A DNA stretch of 63,907 bases, counting the filler, from Octopus bimaculoides (Eukaryota): NCBI RefSeq assembly GCF_001194135.2. It is 6 parts of 4 records of this genome, joined end to end, with 100 filler letters (N's around TTAATTAATTAA, not from the genome) between each part and the next. Parts side by side here need not be neighbours in the genome. Positions count along the whole stretch, not along the records: positions 27,528 to 40,860 come from NC_068985.1; positions 40,961 to 58,682 come from NC_068985.1; 4 more parts are not named here. One strand, 5' to 3'. The notes under the pieces were generated by a model that was not told where the DNA came from, did not search any database, and worked only from the letters and a program-made list of their open reading frames with translations. The number at the start of each line of letters is the position of its first letter. The first letter of the stretch is position 1. Shown in pieces: positions 37,517 to 52,339 of the stretch. The position numbers and the translations under genes are program-made.

Positions 37517-38714
37517 TTAAAGGAAAAGTAGATATAACAGTGTCTCTGTGTTTTTAGATGGTTAAATTGACTCTTCTACAACGTAGCTGATGTTTGTGCG
37601 TGTGAGTTTGAGAGCGTGCTAAAGGGTGTATACGATTTAATTGTATGGTTCTACATATAAGTTTGTATGCAGCATGTGTCATGCACGAATGTGTGTGTTT
37701 ATGTGATTTTATCGGTTAAATATTTTTATAATTTCTCGTGAACTAACTTTTCTGATGGAAATGTTACAAATTTTCACACATGCAACTAATATACATTTGA
37801 TACAATTACAAGAGTGAACAAATAAATCTATATCTGTGATGGATTGCATAATTTATCTGGCAGTATACTGAACCTACATCAAAACATCTTTAAATCGATT
37901 GACTTTTTATTATGGAATCTATAGTAACATTTCGATTAGAACATTTGAAACAGTTAACTTTGTGTTGTTCTCTTAATACATTGACGAAAACAGGATTTCA
38001 TATATGCGGAATGTCACGACCTTTATATTGAAGCACGCGGCTCCATACAAATTCAGATATAACATATGCGGTTTTACAAGCGTGCTAAAACCGGAGTTCT
38101 TTGAGGATTTACATGGACAAACTCTATTTACTCTGTGTAGATTTATGGAAATGACACAAAAGTAACTTTAATAGACATTAACGTTTCTGAGATTCTATTC
38201 AATTTGGTTATATTGCACAGTAATCTGAAAATAAGCATAAGTAACTGGAAATAAAGGTAAATGTTTAAAATATAGGTACTATATATAGATAATTTTCATT
38301 ACGTTCATCAGCTATTCTTCTTATCTACAAAGCTAGATTCACACCTCAAAAAGTGTGAAACGATTATACCTACAAACGATTGTACCTACCTAAATACCTA
38401 CCCACCTGCCTACCTAATTACACACATAAGTACATGCGTATATATATATTTATGTAAGCATAAATGTATTTATTATGTATGTATGTATGCGTGTGGGTGC
38501 GTGTGCGCGTGTGTGCATGCGTGCGTGTATGTATGTATGCATATATGTATATATGTATGTATGTATATATGTATGTATGCATGTACGTCATTATTCAGTT
38601 TTATATCAGAATTTCTTGCCAATAGAGAAAGAGTTTCTAACTTAGAGCCAAGGCTCCTTCATTTTAACATGAACAATTTTAACATGAACAGGGTATTTTT
38701 GTATGTGTGTATGC

Positions 38715-39957
38715 ATTGGGTCATCACAAAAATAATCCAGTTTTTTCAATTGCATGAGATAAAAGTCGAAGGGGGACGGGATAAACTGCCTGCATCAACT
38801 TGCTATAAAAGCAGGTAGTAATTTTACCTTGTCCTTATTCTTAGTGCAAGTTTTGAAGACTGCAGTTCGATTTTCAAAGCTATAATTGAAGTGACAAAGT
38901 AGCATATTCGGCATATATTGCTTTATGAGTTCAATAAAGCAACAGCGCAACGGAAAGTGCGAGAAATATTCATGCAGTATATGGGGATCGGACAATAAGC
39001 GTAGGCCAGTGTCAACGGTGGTTCCAGAAATTCCTATTCAAAAACTACAGCCTAGAAGATGAGACTTGTCCTGGAAGATCTGTAGAACTAAACGAAGACG
39101 TCCTGCAAAACCGGGTGGAACAAAATCCCATCGTAACTATTGAGGAACTAGCAGAGAAGCATGAATTTGGTCGTTCAACCATTCATCGACACCTGCCATC
39201 GTAAAAGTCAGCAAATTGGATCAATGGTTTCCTCACAAACTTTCCGTGACTAATCGCTTGCAGAGAATGAATGAATGCTCTTCTTTGCTGTTACGTCTCA
39301 CGAATGAACCTTTTTTGGACTGGGTTGTCTATAAAAAGACAAGCGCCGAAGACAGTGGGTAGGGAAAGGAGAAACACCGTCAACCCAGGCTAAAGAATGT
39401 ATTCACGCACGTAAGGTGTTGTTATCTGTTTGGTGGGATATGAAAAGTTTATTCCAATTTGAACTCTTAAACCCAGACCAAACGATAACAAAGGAGATCT
39501 ACTGTGAGCAGCCTAAGCAGCTTAAGTCAGCGCTAGAAGAAAAACGACCATCTTTGGTTTCAAGGCGAAAGTTGTTCTTCCATCAGGATAATGCTCGCCA
39601 CATACAGCGAGGAAGACATTCAAAAGGCTGAAGTAGTTTGAATGGGAAACGATATCCCACCGACCATATTCGCCGGACATTGCCGCATCTGATTATCATT
39701 TATTCCACAGTTTTCAAAATCATTTGGACGGTAAAATATGAATTTTGTAGACGAAGTCAGAAGTGTACTGGAGAAATATTTTTCGTCACAGACAAGTGAA
39801 TTTTGGAAGATGGCCTTGCAATTCTACCAGATAGATGGAAGAGTATTGTAAAAAAGGAAGGAGAGTATATTTTAGATAAAAAAAAACTTTGTTTATCTTA
39901 ATATTGAAAACTAAAAGAAGTATGAAAAAACCGTATTATTTATGAAATGATCCAAAA
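38715..39957 (+). mobile_element. Near full-length dead mariner (DD34D type) transposon
   Basis: Imperfect TIRs attgggtcatcacaaaaataat / attatttatgaaatgatccaaaa; W.PHKL, LSVWWD, HQDNAR, PYSPDIA.SDYHLF motifs; the TGDEK segment is deleted; about 1.24 kb. Confidence 0.9.
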
Positions 39958-40790
39958 TATGTGCAGATTTGCATGTTTTGTTTTATTTATATATTCTCAT
40001 GCATATAGTTACATGTCTAGACATGCTCATAGACACTTAAATGATGGACGTCTGGAAAGTTTTGAAGATTTTTACAGTTCCAGTGACAACTTGAATCTGT
40101 AGTCTTTAAATCAGCTTTCTTCTTTCTGGTTTTGGGAGGCCTAATTTCTCGAGATTGGTATTTAGGCAATGTGTTACATATCCCAGTGCCCCAATAATTA
40201 ATAATACGGGTATAAACCTGAACTTGTAATCTAGAGAGAGTAGCTGTAAATTCCTCAATAGTTCAGCGTAGCTATTTTCTTTTTCGCTGATCTTACATCC
40301 ACTGTGCAGCTAATTTCCTCTACAGTACACAGTTTCTCTTCTCAAATTACTACGTCAGATATATTATATTTACATTTTAATGAGGTTTTCACTGGGTAAG
40401 CTCACTGGTACTCCTTTTTATTATGAGTGGCTATGGTTTCTACCATACTGTAGGTTCTTATTTATTTGGCCGTGTGGTTATCTTTCCGAAGGATCTCGTT
40501 GTACAGTTTCCTAGACACAAAATCATATCTCATCGGTAGATAATACATGATGACATTTTCGGACAACTGCTTATGATGAAGATGAAATCTTCAGTGTTAA
40601 CTCCACAAAGTTTGCATCGGTTATCACATTTTGCTGCTTCTCCTGCATCTCTGTCCCTTTTGTGTATCAGGTATTTGGTTAGTATCTTCTAGGTTTTCAC
40701 ATCAATGGGTCGGATGTATGTATGTATGTATGTATGTATCTGTCTGCCTACCTGCTTGTTTGTCTGTCCAGTCAGTCTGTTCTGTCTGCT

Positions 40791-40824
<34 letters not shown>

Positions 40825-41259
40825 ACACATATATATATACACATATATATATGTATATATNNNNNNNNNNNNNNNNNNNNNNNNNNNNNNNNNNNNNNNN
40901 NNNNTTAATTAATTAANNNNNNNNNNNNNNNNNNNNNNNNNNNNNNNNNNNNNNNNNNNNAGTTGGGTTCAGCATATTATCCTCCATTTTCTAATTGTTA
41001 CACAAATTTTGGGTAAAACCTCCACTTTTACCCGCTCCCATTGATTGCACCTAGTATAGCACTAGTGTAGCAATAATTGGGTACCCTCCCAGCAGTATAC
41101 CGGATAGATACTATCCCTTAGTGGGTTGAACCCCCAACCCCTAACTCTCTCACGTTATATATATATATATATATATGTATGTATGCATGTATGTATGTAT
41201 GTATGTATGTATGTATGTATGTATGTATGTATGTATAGGCACAGGCGTAGCTAGTGCAT

Positions 41260-41340
41260 AGGTGTAGGCGTGGCTGTGTGCTAAAACGCTTGCTCACCAA
41301 CCACATGGCTCAGGGTTCAGTTCCACTGCGTGGCACCTGA
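41260..41340 (+). mobile_element. SINE family B head fragment
   Basis: ggtgtaggcgtggctgtgtg..accaaccacatggctcagggttcagttccactgcgtggcacc. Confidence 0.75.
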
Positions 41341-41417
41341 TGTAATTTACACACAAGTTATACTGCTTGTTTTCTGTATGTTTTGTTGTCGTTATTTCTA
41401 TAATAGCTAAACGGGTC

Positions 41418-41961
41418 GCGAAATCTTTTTCCTACGAGAGTTCCGGACCCCAGTAATAAACTCATTTGCATACAGCCAATCAGAGCTCACCGTGACCTTG
41501 TCATGTTAACAAACACATTCTACCAAGTAAACTTAAGACGAAGGACGGTGTTGTAAGTCGACCTATCGCCAAGCTATGTCTGATTTTAAAAGGAGACAAG
41601 TAATTAGATAGATTTGCATCTATACCTATTATCGGATTTTGTTAGGGCCCCATATGGTAAAGAGGTGGATAGGGAAAATGTGGGTAGAGGGTGATGTGCT
41701 AGCAACCATCTCCTCTTACTGTTTTACAAAGTAAACAACAACACAGCTATGCAGAGGCAGCCATGGTTGAAACAAGAACAGGAACAACAAGCATTCTTAA
41801 AAGTGAATAGAAGCATGGTCATTTCTTACCCAAGTGACCTTATCTTATCGCCCATCATTTGTTATGTGGTCATGAATTAGTTTGGTAGTTGAGCTCTGAT
41901 TGGCTGTATGCAAATTAGATCATAACTGGGGTCCGGAACTCTCATGGGAAAAGAATTTCGC
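41418..41961. mobile_element. MITE with about 72-bp TIRs and 9-bp TSD (Mutator-like)
   Basis: TSD AAACGGGTC at 41409-41417 and 41962-41970; TIR gcgaaat..gagagttccggaccccagt..atttgcatacagccaatcagagctca. Confidence 0.9.
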
Positions 41962-42176
41962 AAACGGGTCACCCATGTATCAGGAGTTGCCAAATATCGG
42001 CACTTACAGTATTTGTTTTATTCTTTTGGCACATAACCCACGCATGACAGAATACACAAGCTTTGATTTGATTTCTGTTGTTTGTAAAAATAACAGTACC
42101 AAAAAGAGAGACTTTTACTCGGTCGTCTGACTTGCTAAAAATAACAGCCATATTCCACAAAATCTCTCTCTTTTAC

Positions 42177-42219
<43 letters not shown>

Positions 42220-43114
42220 GTGTCTGTGTTTAAGGTGAATCTGAACAAAGCTTCCCTCGGCACAACAGACTACTTTATAAGGGCATCTGTAGGTCTAAGT
42301 TGATCATGCATCTGTACGTGTCTGGGCAAGATTTTTGAGGAAGATAACAGTTATCCATGTTTATATGTTTTCTCTTTCCACTCCACTGATGTTTATCCAC
42401 GGGAATGGCCATCGACTTGGTCTCAGTACTGTAGCAAGATACTGCACAGCATCAAGATCGAACTTCCAGCCATGCCGCAATCCACCGCCCCAGAGAGGTA
42501 CTTTTATTTCTCGACCTTCAAAAGATGTAAGACAAAGTTGATCTCAATGGGTTTCGATCTCAATGGGTTTCGATCTCAATGGGGTTCGAACAGACAGACA
42601 AAACGAATAGGCGTTCTATCCAACACCCTCCCATTTCGTTACCTCTTTCTACATATATAACAGTTTCAACAATTTGCAATAACATTATAAACACCGCTAC
42701 CCAGCTTCCCTCTTTACTTCCAGGTAAAGTGGAAATATCTTCTACTGTGATGTAACAATGCTAGATGTTCAAAGAATGTGCGTGTGTGTCGGTGTATGTG
42801 TGTCGGTGTGTAAGTACGTGTGTCTATGTGTGTAAGTGTATGTGTCTGTGTGAGTGTGTATGAATATGTGTGTGTGTGTGAGTATGTGTGAGTGTGTGAG
42901 TTCTTATATGTATAAGTGTGTGTGTAATCTATACCAGCGTTAAAGTTCTTTATACAGTAGAGCATGGAGCAAAGACATTCCAGCTGTGACACACACACAC
43001 ACACATATACAAATACAGTCACATGCATACATACGCTCATATATACATAAACACACACATACACACACACGTATTTGTGTATGTATGCAAGTAAACGTAT
43101 ATATATGAGTGAAA

Positions 43115-43170
<56 letters not shown>

Positions 43171-43257
43171 GCATACATATACACACATACGAACACACAC
43201 ATATATATATATATACACTATTATAAGGTCAATAAGCGTAAGAAAAACAGAACAATA

Positions 43258-43300
<43 letters not shown>

Positions 43301-43526
43301 ATGTGTATAANNNNNNNNNNNNNNNNNNNNNNNNNNNNNNNNNNNNNNNNNNNNNNNNNNNNNNNNNNNNNNNNNNNNNNNNNNNNNNNNNNNNNNNNNN
43401 NNNNNNNNNNNNNNNNNNNNNNNNNNNNNNNNNNNNNNNNNNNNNNNNNNNNNNNNNNNNNNNNNNNNNNNNNNNNNNNNNNNNNNNNNNNNNNNNNNNN
43501 NNNNNNNNNNNNNNNNNNNNACAATA

Positions 43527-43569
<43 letters not shown>

Positions 43570-44393
43570 ATGTGTATAAAAATAGGTATGTGATGTATGC
43601 AAACGAAAGCTGATGTTATCGGAGCTTGAGTTCCTAATATGTCCAAGGAAGCAAGTTCTTTCTTCCTTTGCATTAGTCATTCTCCACAGCAGAAAAGTTA
43701 TGTTGGCTGATGGCAGCAGCTAAGAACGGCTGTTACACTGCTGCCTCTCATTTGCTTTCTATATGCCAAGCACTGAGTGCTTTTTGATAGTCTCATGTAC
43801 ATACATACATACATACATACATACATACATACATACATACATACATACATACATACATACGCACGTACGCACGTACGTAAGCGTACATACATTCGTAACG
43901 CATGTACGAACGTACAAGCGCTTTCATGTATATACAGTGAATAGGTGAAAGTAAAATAAGCTTAGTATAGATAATATAGTGCTTAAATGGATGGGAATTT
44001 AAACACATACCTCTTCATCCAGGGCAGGCGGCTCTGCCTCGAAAGTCGGCTGTAAGAACAATCCCTTTCGAACTAATATGCAGTAAGGTAAATAAACACA
44101 GGTAGGCTGGAGACGTATATTTATATGAAGCACAAAATACAAATTGCAGATAAAAGGAAAAAGAGAACAAAAGAAAAAAGTTGTGTAAAGGCTTTTCCCG
44201 ATAACTACTTCTTACGTTATAACCATATTTATATCTTATATGTGCAAGGTGCCAAAGGTGTGTCCTGCGACAAATCTCAATGAAGTTGCCGAAGTACGTT
44301 AGGCGTCCCTTGTCAAGAACTAATTGCAAATGCGTATTTTCTCACAATCTTTACAAATATAAAGGTTAAAGAGAGTGGGTACTTCTTCTACAC

Positions 44394-44477
<84 letters not shown>

Positions 44478-44765
44478 ACATATGTACGCGTGTGTGCGCG
44501 TGTGTGTATGTATATATATATATATATATATATANNNNNNNNNNNNNNNNNNNNNNNNNNNNNNNNNNNNNNNNNNNNNNNNNNNNNNNNNNNNNNNNNN
44601 NNNNNNNNNNNNNNNNNNNNNNNNNNNNNNNNNNNNNNNNNNNNNNNNNNNNNNNNNNNNNNNNNNNNNNNNNNNNNNNNNNNNNNNNNNNNNNNNNNNN
44701 NNNNNNNNNNNNNNNNNNNNNNNNNNNNNNNNNNNNNNNNNNNNNNNNNNNNNNNNNNNNNNNNN

Positions 44766-44798
<33 letters not shown>

Positions 44799-47154
44799 AT
44801 ATATATATATATGGTGCATCAGCATGGCCGCAGCTCTAAGCTGAAACTATAAACAAATAAACCCAACACTCCTCACATTCATATGTATATATATGTATGT
44901 ATTTGGCATAACCTTAACTGTAAATCTTAAACGATAAAACATCTGACAAAAATGGCTGCCACTTCAGCATGCGGTCTATCTGGCCATTTATGCTTTAGTG
45001 TGAACAACAAATTACAACACCTGCAAAACACTGGAATAGTTAAATTCTTCCCACTCCAACCAAAATGTGTAGAGCTGTGCCAATGTTAGAAACTGGAACT
45101 TCCAATTGTTTGATAAGTATCTCCTGGATGTTCCTGATAGGTATCTCCTGAGTGACTTGGAGAAACCTCGGCGGGTCATCAGAGCGTAGAGTTTACATTT
45201 TCCATTAGGTTAACCGTTAAGGACTGTAAGTTGTCCACAGTATTTAACTAAACACACCAACACTTCGTGATCTGGACAGTAAACTTGGGAAAAATAAACT
45301 GGGTGTCGGGTGTTGGAAACCGAATGCGTATTTTCCAATACGTATAGGTTTCAAGAATCAGATTAGTGAATTTGTGAAGAGAGAATTGACAGGTGCTTAT
45401 TAATGACACGTGAGATATGTTGCAAAATAACAAAAATAAACAATTAATTAAACTCTGTAAAGAAGTAGTAATAGAGAACAATAAATTAGGAGAGGTGTTA
45501 ATCAAGTAATTAAAAGAGGCAAACAGAGAGGGTATCGGTTATGATATTCCTGCAAGGAGAATGACCCATAATTAGTTCAGCACAAAACAAGAAGGATGCG
45601 TTCTTCATGTATGGGTGCGTCTCCTGAAATATGGGACAGTGAAAACCGTTGAACAAATAAAGGTGTTAGAGGCGCAACGTGACACCGAACCTGCACTGCG
45701 ATCTTTCTCGAACATTTCGCGACGAGCAATGGACTGGTGATGGTTTTCCACGGCTACCACGGCATTTTACCGCGACCCGAAAACAAAGATGAGGTAGCAG
45801 ACGTGTGTTACAAGGCTGTGTGATGGGTAAATCACTGAGATTAAATGGTCTTTCTTACGAACTTTAGTGTGATATGTTAACTAACTAGCCCCACCGTTAA
45901 CTAATATGTGCGTGAACCAATGTGTGTATGTGTGAGTATGTGTGTGCCATTGTATTCTATTCACTTTAAGTGTGTGTCTTTAATCATAGATTAGTGTCGA
46001 CTCAAGCTTTGAGTGAAATTGGGCTTATGGAAACCTATGGATAAGGAAGTTAAATGGATTGTATTTGTAATACTAGAACCTGGTCATGTCAGATACTGTG
46101 TCATGTTGAATCTATCCGATGTTAACGTAGAGAGTATCTGTGGAATAACTTAATAAATGTTGATCGAACAATAAGAATTTCCATTCATTGAAACAGGGGT
46201 GAGCTCCACCCACATTTTTGATCATTTCAGTATCATTCATAAAGTTGCTGATAATATCTGACTAATAGATAATGTATCCACATGATTACCTGGGGAATGA
46301 TACACTGGCTTAGAAAGGTAGAAGACTAAAAATTATTTCTGAAACTTGGTAACTGAGGCGCTTGTAGCATAAAGATCCTTCGACGAGGAATATAACGAGA
46401 CCGTTAGTCGAGTTCAACCCATGATGCAACAGTTGGTAGTCTGTAACCTAATCCATCCTATCTTTTCATCTCTATTCTAGTGTTTCACTGACACTTAGGT
46501 TGTCTATTTGAGTATCATATATATTCTATCCTGCTATCTTGCAACAACATTTTTATCGATACCGGAAGGAATGGTAAAGTTGATCTTTGTGCCAATTGTA
46601 CTGAAAGCGGCAATAGATAACAGAAGTTAACTATTTCAGTAAGCTGTCGACCGGCGCCATTTTCATATCAATATAGCTATAATTTTCATTGAATACCAGT
46701 CGATGTAAAAATAAATTTAATATATCTTCAGTCAGACCATCTGAGAAAGCTACCTATGTAAAACTTGTGCAATCTACTCGGTTATTAATGCATGTCTGTT
46801 CTATTTATTCAACTCATGTCGAATTGATACGCTGATATTCGTAGGTGAAAACTATTTTTTTCTTTTATTTACCCTAGTATTTTACATATCATCTACTGTT
46901 ACCGTTAATTTTTTTTTTATCAAAGTATTAGATATAGAGTAGAGCTACATAGCTGTATGGAACAAGTTATGCATAGCCACTGACAACTGTGCTCGTATAG
47001 ACTCGCGATAGACAGATTAATGATCAAATGGTTTGTGGCTGTGCTCTGATTTAGTTTGTTCTGAGATTAAACTGAACTCATTCAAAAGATGGTTGATTGC
47101 GTGAATTCAATTTCATATTTTAATGAAAGCCATTATAAATACAGGTGTGTTGAA

Positions 47155-47350
47155 AGGCGGCGAGCTGGCAGAAACGTTAGCACGCCGGGCAAAATGCTAA
47201 GCGGTATTTCGTTTGTCTTTATGTTCTGAGTTCAAATTCTGTCGAGGTCTTCATCCTTTCGGGGTTGATAAATTAAGTACTGGGGTCGATCTAATCGACT
47301 GGCCCCCTCCTCCAAAATTTCGGGCCTTGTGCCTAGAGTAGAAAAGAATA
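47155..47350 (+). mobile_element. SINE family A, near full-length
   Basis: ggcggcgagctggcagaaacgttagcacgccggg...tcatcctttcggggttgataaattaagtac...gcctagagtagaaaagaat. Confidence 0.9.
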
Positions 47351-47471
47351 CAGGTGAGCTGGACTGCAGCTGATGTATGGCAACCACGATTATTGTGAAA
47401 AACAACTTTAATGCAAATAGACTTCGAATCTTGAGACGATGTTGAATCCTCTTTGGTTTTCTAAACTTATC

Positions 47472-47534
<63 letters not shown>

Positions 47535-47739
47535 CTGCTAAGACGACTTACTCGTCTGGTCAATACAAAGTACAATGGAATATGATATAACAATGTAGGG
47601 ACCGTATATGAAACGATATAAAGGTATACTGTATGTGGTGGAACGACAGATTGCATGATATTGGATGGTATGACACGTTGATGATAGCTAGTCTTGTCTC
47701 ATAGTTGTTTTATTCTAACAAGACTAGCAGGGTAAGGTA

Positions 47740-48800
47740 TATGATATATCTACACCTTTATCTAAACGAATATCTTTCATGTTAGATTTACAGATTGGGC
47801 TGAAATAGAAGGATAAAATACAAGAAAAATAGATTTGATGGTGAAAGGTCAAAAGAAAAGAACGGTTATGAAGCAGGAAATGAGGATCTATGTACCGGAA
47901 AGACTGGTTATTATTAAAGATAAAAGGGAAGCTAAATATGTGAAGCCGCTAAGTATTTCAGTTTGATGTATGCTGCTTGCTGGAGATGAGGAGCAGGTAT
48001 ATTGTTCTAGCTTACTTAACAGTATTGTATTGTCAGGAAAGAAATATTATCAATGGCTCTGCAATAAGAATCTGATATTGCAATCTGCGACGTCTACAAA
48101 ATGTATTAACTGGAAGAATTGGAATTTTGCCAAATATCTTTCTTGCAACAGAAAACCAAAGGAATATTTTTCAGAAATATTTTGTGCTGGTTTTTATTTA
48201 TATATCGCAATAAATAAACAAATACATACATAATACATACATACATACATACCCGCACATATGTACATGTGCACATATGCACATGTGCACATATGCACAT
48301 ATGCACAACAACATATGGTCATGTCAGAATAGAGGATGGAAGAATGGCTAAACAAATGACACGAGGGGAAAGACCACATTATAAATCAAGGAAGCGATGT
48401 TATAAAAGGCAATCTTAATGCTTTGGAGATAGATGTGGACAACTGGGAGGCATTGGGAGGTATTGAAAACTGTACATCATACAGAAAGATTGTTGGGAGT
48501 ATATGTGGTGTCTATGAGCAAAAGCAAGTGGAGCATGCTTTTCTTCAGAGCGTTCACTTTACAAGCAGGACTCAAGTGCAGTACTTACAGAAATCCAGCT
48601 GGAATTAAAATGCAATGTGTGTGTGTGTAATTTCGTCTGTCAAGAGCTGAGTTAGTCAACTACCTGCGGTCACATGAACTAGGAAGAAATCAAGCAGCTT
48701 GCGAGGTAGTTCTGTCGCCACATTCTCCGCGATACATTTGTAATTTGCAAGTCAGCCGGCGGTCTGAGCAGACAGGGTTTGATAAATGGAGTCACAATTC
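47740..48800 (+). mobile_element. Old RTE/BovB-like LINE remnant interrupted by microsatellite
   Basis: DVCCLLAGDEEQ (RT motif remnant), GHVRIEDGRMAK, IKGNLNALEIDVDNWE, and a C-terminal C2H2-like ..NYLRSH. Confidence 0.55.
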
Positions 48801-48944
48801 AACCGGTGATGCCATTAGTCAGGCAGATCAAGTGATACACCTATAAAAGTGTTTGCAGAACGGAAGCTAGAAGCCACTTCGTGCACATGATCATGCAATG
48901 TTCATTGAAGGGATAGCGCTCTTCTGAAAAGAAGGAATTACCGC

Positions 48945-48982
<38 letters not shown>

Positions 48983-51900
48983 GTATATATATCTATATAT
49001 CCTCATATACCCACCAGGAATGGTTTCTGTGCAGTTCACAACTTGCTTTAAAATATTAATCATACCAATGAAGGACATTAAGGAAGAATCTAGCACTTTG
49101 GATAGCTGGAAGTTGACTTATAGTGAGATGCGCTTCCAGCTAGAGAATTAAAATTAAACAAACGAAACAGAAGGATCCGAACTTTATTATACACCATCAA
49201 ATTACTCCCCCGTGCAGATTTATCATAATGATGGGGGTGGGGTGGAATGTCCGTGAACATCATATAACAAAGAACTCCCAAAACACAGTTTAGGAATTTT
49301 GCTTTTAATAAACACCGACAATTGATTCTACTTAAATCTCATTGATGAAATGTTTATTTTCAGCCGTTTAAACAAATGTACATATTATTTTAATATTCTG
49401 GTTTAATATGAATTTATATATTTTTATTTTGTAGGAACCCATGGCAATTCTTGTGAATAAAGTTGAGTAAATTCATCTGCAGTCATCAGACAACCCTTAC
49501 CTATAACAGGAAGTGAAGATTTTCGGACCAGAGGACTCAGCCAGTTTCGAAATTATCCGATCCACTTCTTGTTCTCTATCTCTTTATCTATCACTCGCCC
49601 CCTCNNNNNNNNNNNNNNNNNNNNNNNNNNNNNNNNNNNNNNNNNNNNNNNNNNNNNNNNNNNNNNNNNNNNNNNNNNNNNNNNNNNNNNNNNNNNNNAT
49701 ATACGCTACTATTTTCTTCCTGTACTTTTCCTGCCAATTTTGCTAGCTGACATTTAAAACAAAATATAAAATAAAAATAATTTTTGAAAAGTTATTTTTT
49801 TTACACACACACACTGCTTATCCCCTTTCCTTAATTTCACCAAGGTTTATTTTTCTGGATATAATGCAGTACTTCCGTTCTTGTCCAGGAGTGTGTTTTA
49901 GAGGTTCCTTATAAAAACACGCAAAAGGAAACTGAAAGAAACGAACAAAAGAGATGTGTCGATTGAAAATCGTTTGACTTCAGGGTACTACAACAATACA
50001 GATAATATAACCGGTTCCACATTGATAACATTCTATAATTAAGAGAAAGCACGAAGCATTGTAGTCAACTCACAACTCGGTCAGCCATACCAGCTCTGGC
50101 GACAAAAATATATATTAAAAAATATATCAATTTCTAATTTAGTGTCAACGGAAAAAATGAATAAGATGGAAACGCTGAGAGAAAAAATATATCTTAATTA
50201 TTTATTATCTGACTTGTGTTTTCTTTGATCTAATACATATTAGAATCTCTTTGGTCAACAGCTTCGTATTCATTCAACTCTTCTCTCCACATCTGCAAAT
50301 AAACACGTTAACACCTTCAACCTTTTCACCTGTCTCAAAGATATTACGTTGCATGTTGTACACTTCACATCATCGCCATCATCGAACATTTCAACCGTTT
50401 CAAATATCTTCTTCTCTACAAAAGATCAAGCCATGTAACCTAGGGATCAGCTATGTCTATCAAGTAGTTATGGCTCTTAGCTCTAGCTATTTCACTCCTC
50501 TTACATCCTTCTATACTCTTTCGGAAAATATCTTTACAATATCCAATCTGCTCTTACTTTGTTAATCTCCAACACTCCCCTTGTAATAAATAGAAATCTT
50601 GCAAAGAGTTGGGACAGTGATCCGGTTTGCCTCCTCGTGAAGGTATTTCCACATTATTGACACTATTAATGTCATCAACAAAGGGACACATTCCATGCGC
50701 TATAAGTCAATATATTGTAAAAATCAATATACTTTGTGCTGAGTTAAGAAATCGATAGCCCCAAATGATGCAAATAACTTGATTAAAACAGTAGAGAACT
50801 GAAATATATTTTAATGTCTCATAGAAGAATAATCAAAATCATTATTATTGGCTAGATTATCGATCTAGATAATATCTAGATAATATAGGGACTGTGATAA
50901 ATATTCCACTAATGGAGTTTACGATTCGGTTTCGAATCAAAGTTTAAGCTAATATATTTCACTAACGTCACTAATGTTTGTGATAAAGGCCCTAATGTGT
51001 CATGATCATCTTTCTCATTTCTTGAGCTTCACTGTTTTGCCTGCAGAAGTCTTTCAACGAGGGAACTTCTATATGGCCGTTTGACTTGCTAGAAAGAGTA
51101 ACTAAATCTCTCTAATTCTACCCCTTCACCCGTTTTGAAAAGTTGAAGGACACATTAATGTACTCCTAGTTGCACTACGTCTGAAAAAAGACAGAATTGG
51201 CATGACTCTAATGGGTTTGATCAAAGGACTTCTGGATTAGGGCTGATCTGGGCATAAACAACAACAACAGTATTAATCTTTGAAACACCAATAATCACCA
51301 GCAATGTCTATAAATAGTAAAACTAATATCTGTTTTTTACAGTAATTGTTGTAAACAGATATTCCTGCCGTGACCATCCACTTGTTTTGATTTAATATAG
51401 ACGTGTGAATTTATAACTGGAAGGAAATGGGAGTATGTGATGTTCATGGCTTCTGAAGTACGTTAGCAATGTAAATGAATAACGTGAGGAGGTTACAAAT
51501 AGGAATCGAAACCAAGCTACAAATTTGGCTCAGACACATGTGGTGCCTACCATTAATCTAGAGATAAACGAGGAGTATTTTATGTTTATTGTCAAAAAAT
51601 TATAGCAGTGTGAGATTATGTAGTGTTCATGTGTTTCCAACGAGCATCATGGATATAATTTAAATAAAATAGTATCGACCGAGAATCAAAACAATCATGG
51701 ATACAAGGAGAGTTTCCCTCTACTTCATAGCTTACATTTCCACTGATAGTTTACCTTTTCCCCAGCAGTTTACATCTTGAGTACCGAGACTTGATCTCTA
51801 CTGCACAAGGAGTTGACCTCTCTATATCATCTAATCTGAAGTTGTACTATTATATTCAAGAGGAAATTTTGTTGTTCCATTCTACCGCAAAACAGTGTTT

Positions 51901-52233
51901 TGGGATAATGCAAAACAATGAATGGTCATCAATGAAGATCTATTTTGAAGTTAATATTACATTAGATGTAAGGCTCTAAGGTTGTTATTGCATTACCTGT
52001 AAGGATGTACTTAAAGGTTATTATTTCACCTTCATGGTAGTCATCTTCATTGGCTATTTTTGGGATGCAGCGTTAAATGAATTGCTTAACACAGGGTATG
52101 GACTCAGACTCACTTGCCTGTAATTTAGGGTCATAGACAAATGTGTGTATGGGCATGTATATATATNNNNNNNNNNNNNNNNNNNNNNNNNNNNNNNNNN
52201 NNNNNNNNNNNNNNNNNNNATATATATATATAT

Positions 52234-52273
<40 letters not shown>

Positions 52274-52339
52274 AACTTACTTGGAAATGGATGCATGGCG
52301 TTCGACCATATAATAATATAAATAATATATATATATGCA

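Noticed and set aside
51740-52125. Exon-like or pseudogene-like stretch on the minus strand (DDYHEGEIITFKYILTG)
   Set aside because: In-frame stops and no family recognised.
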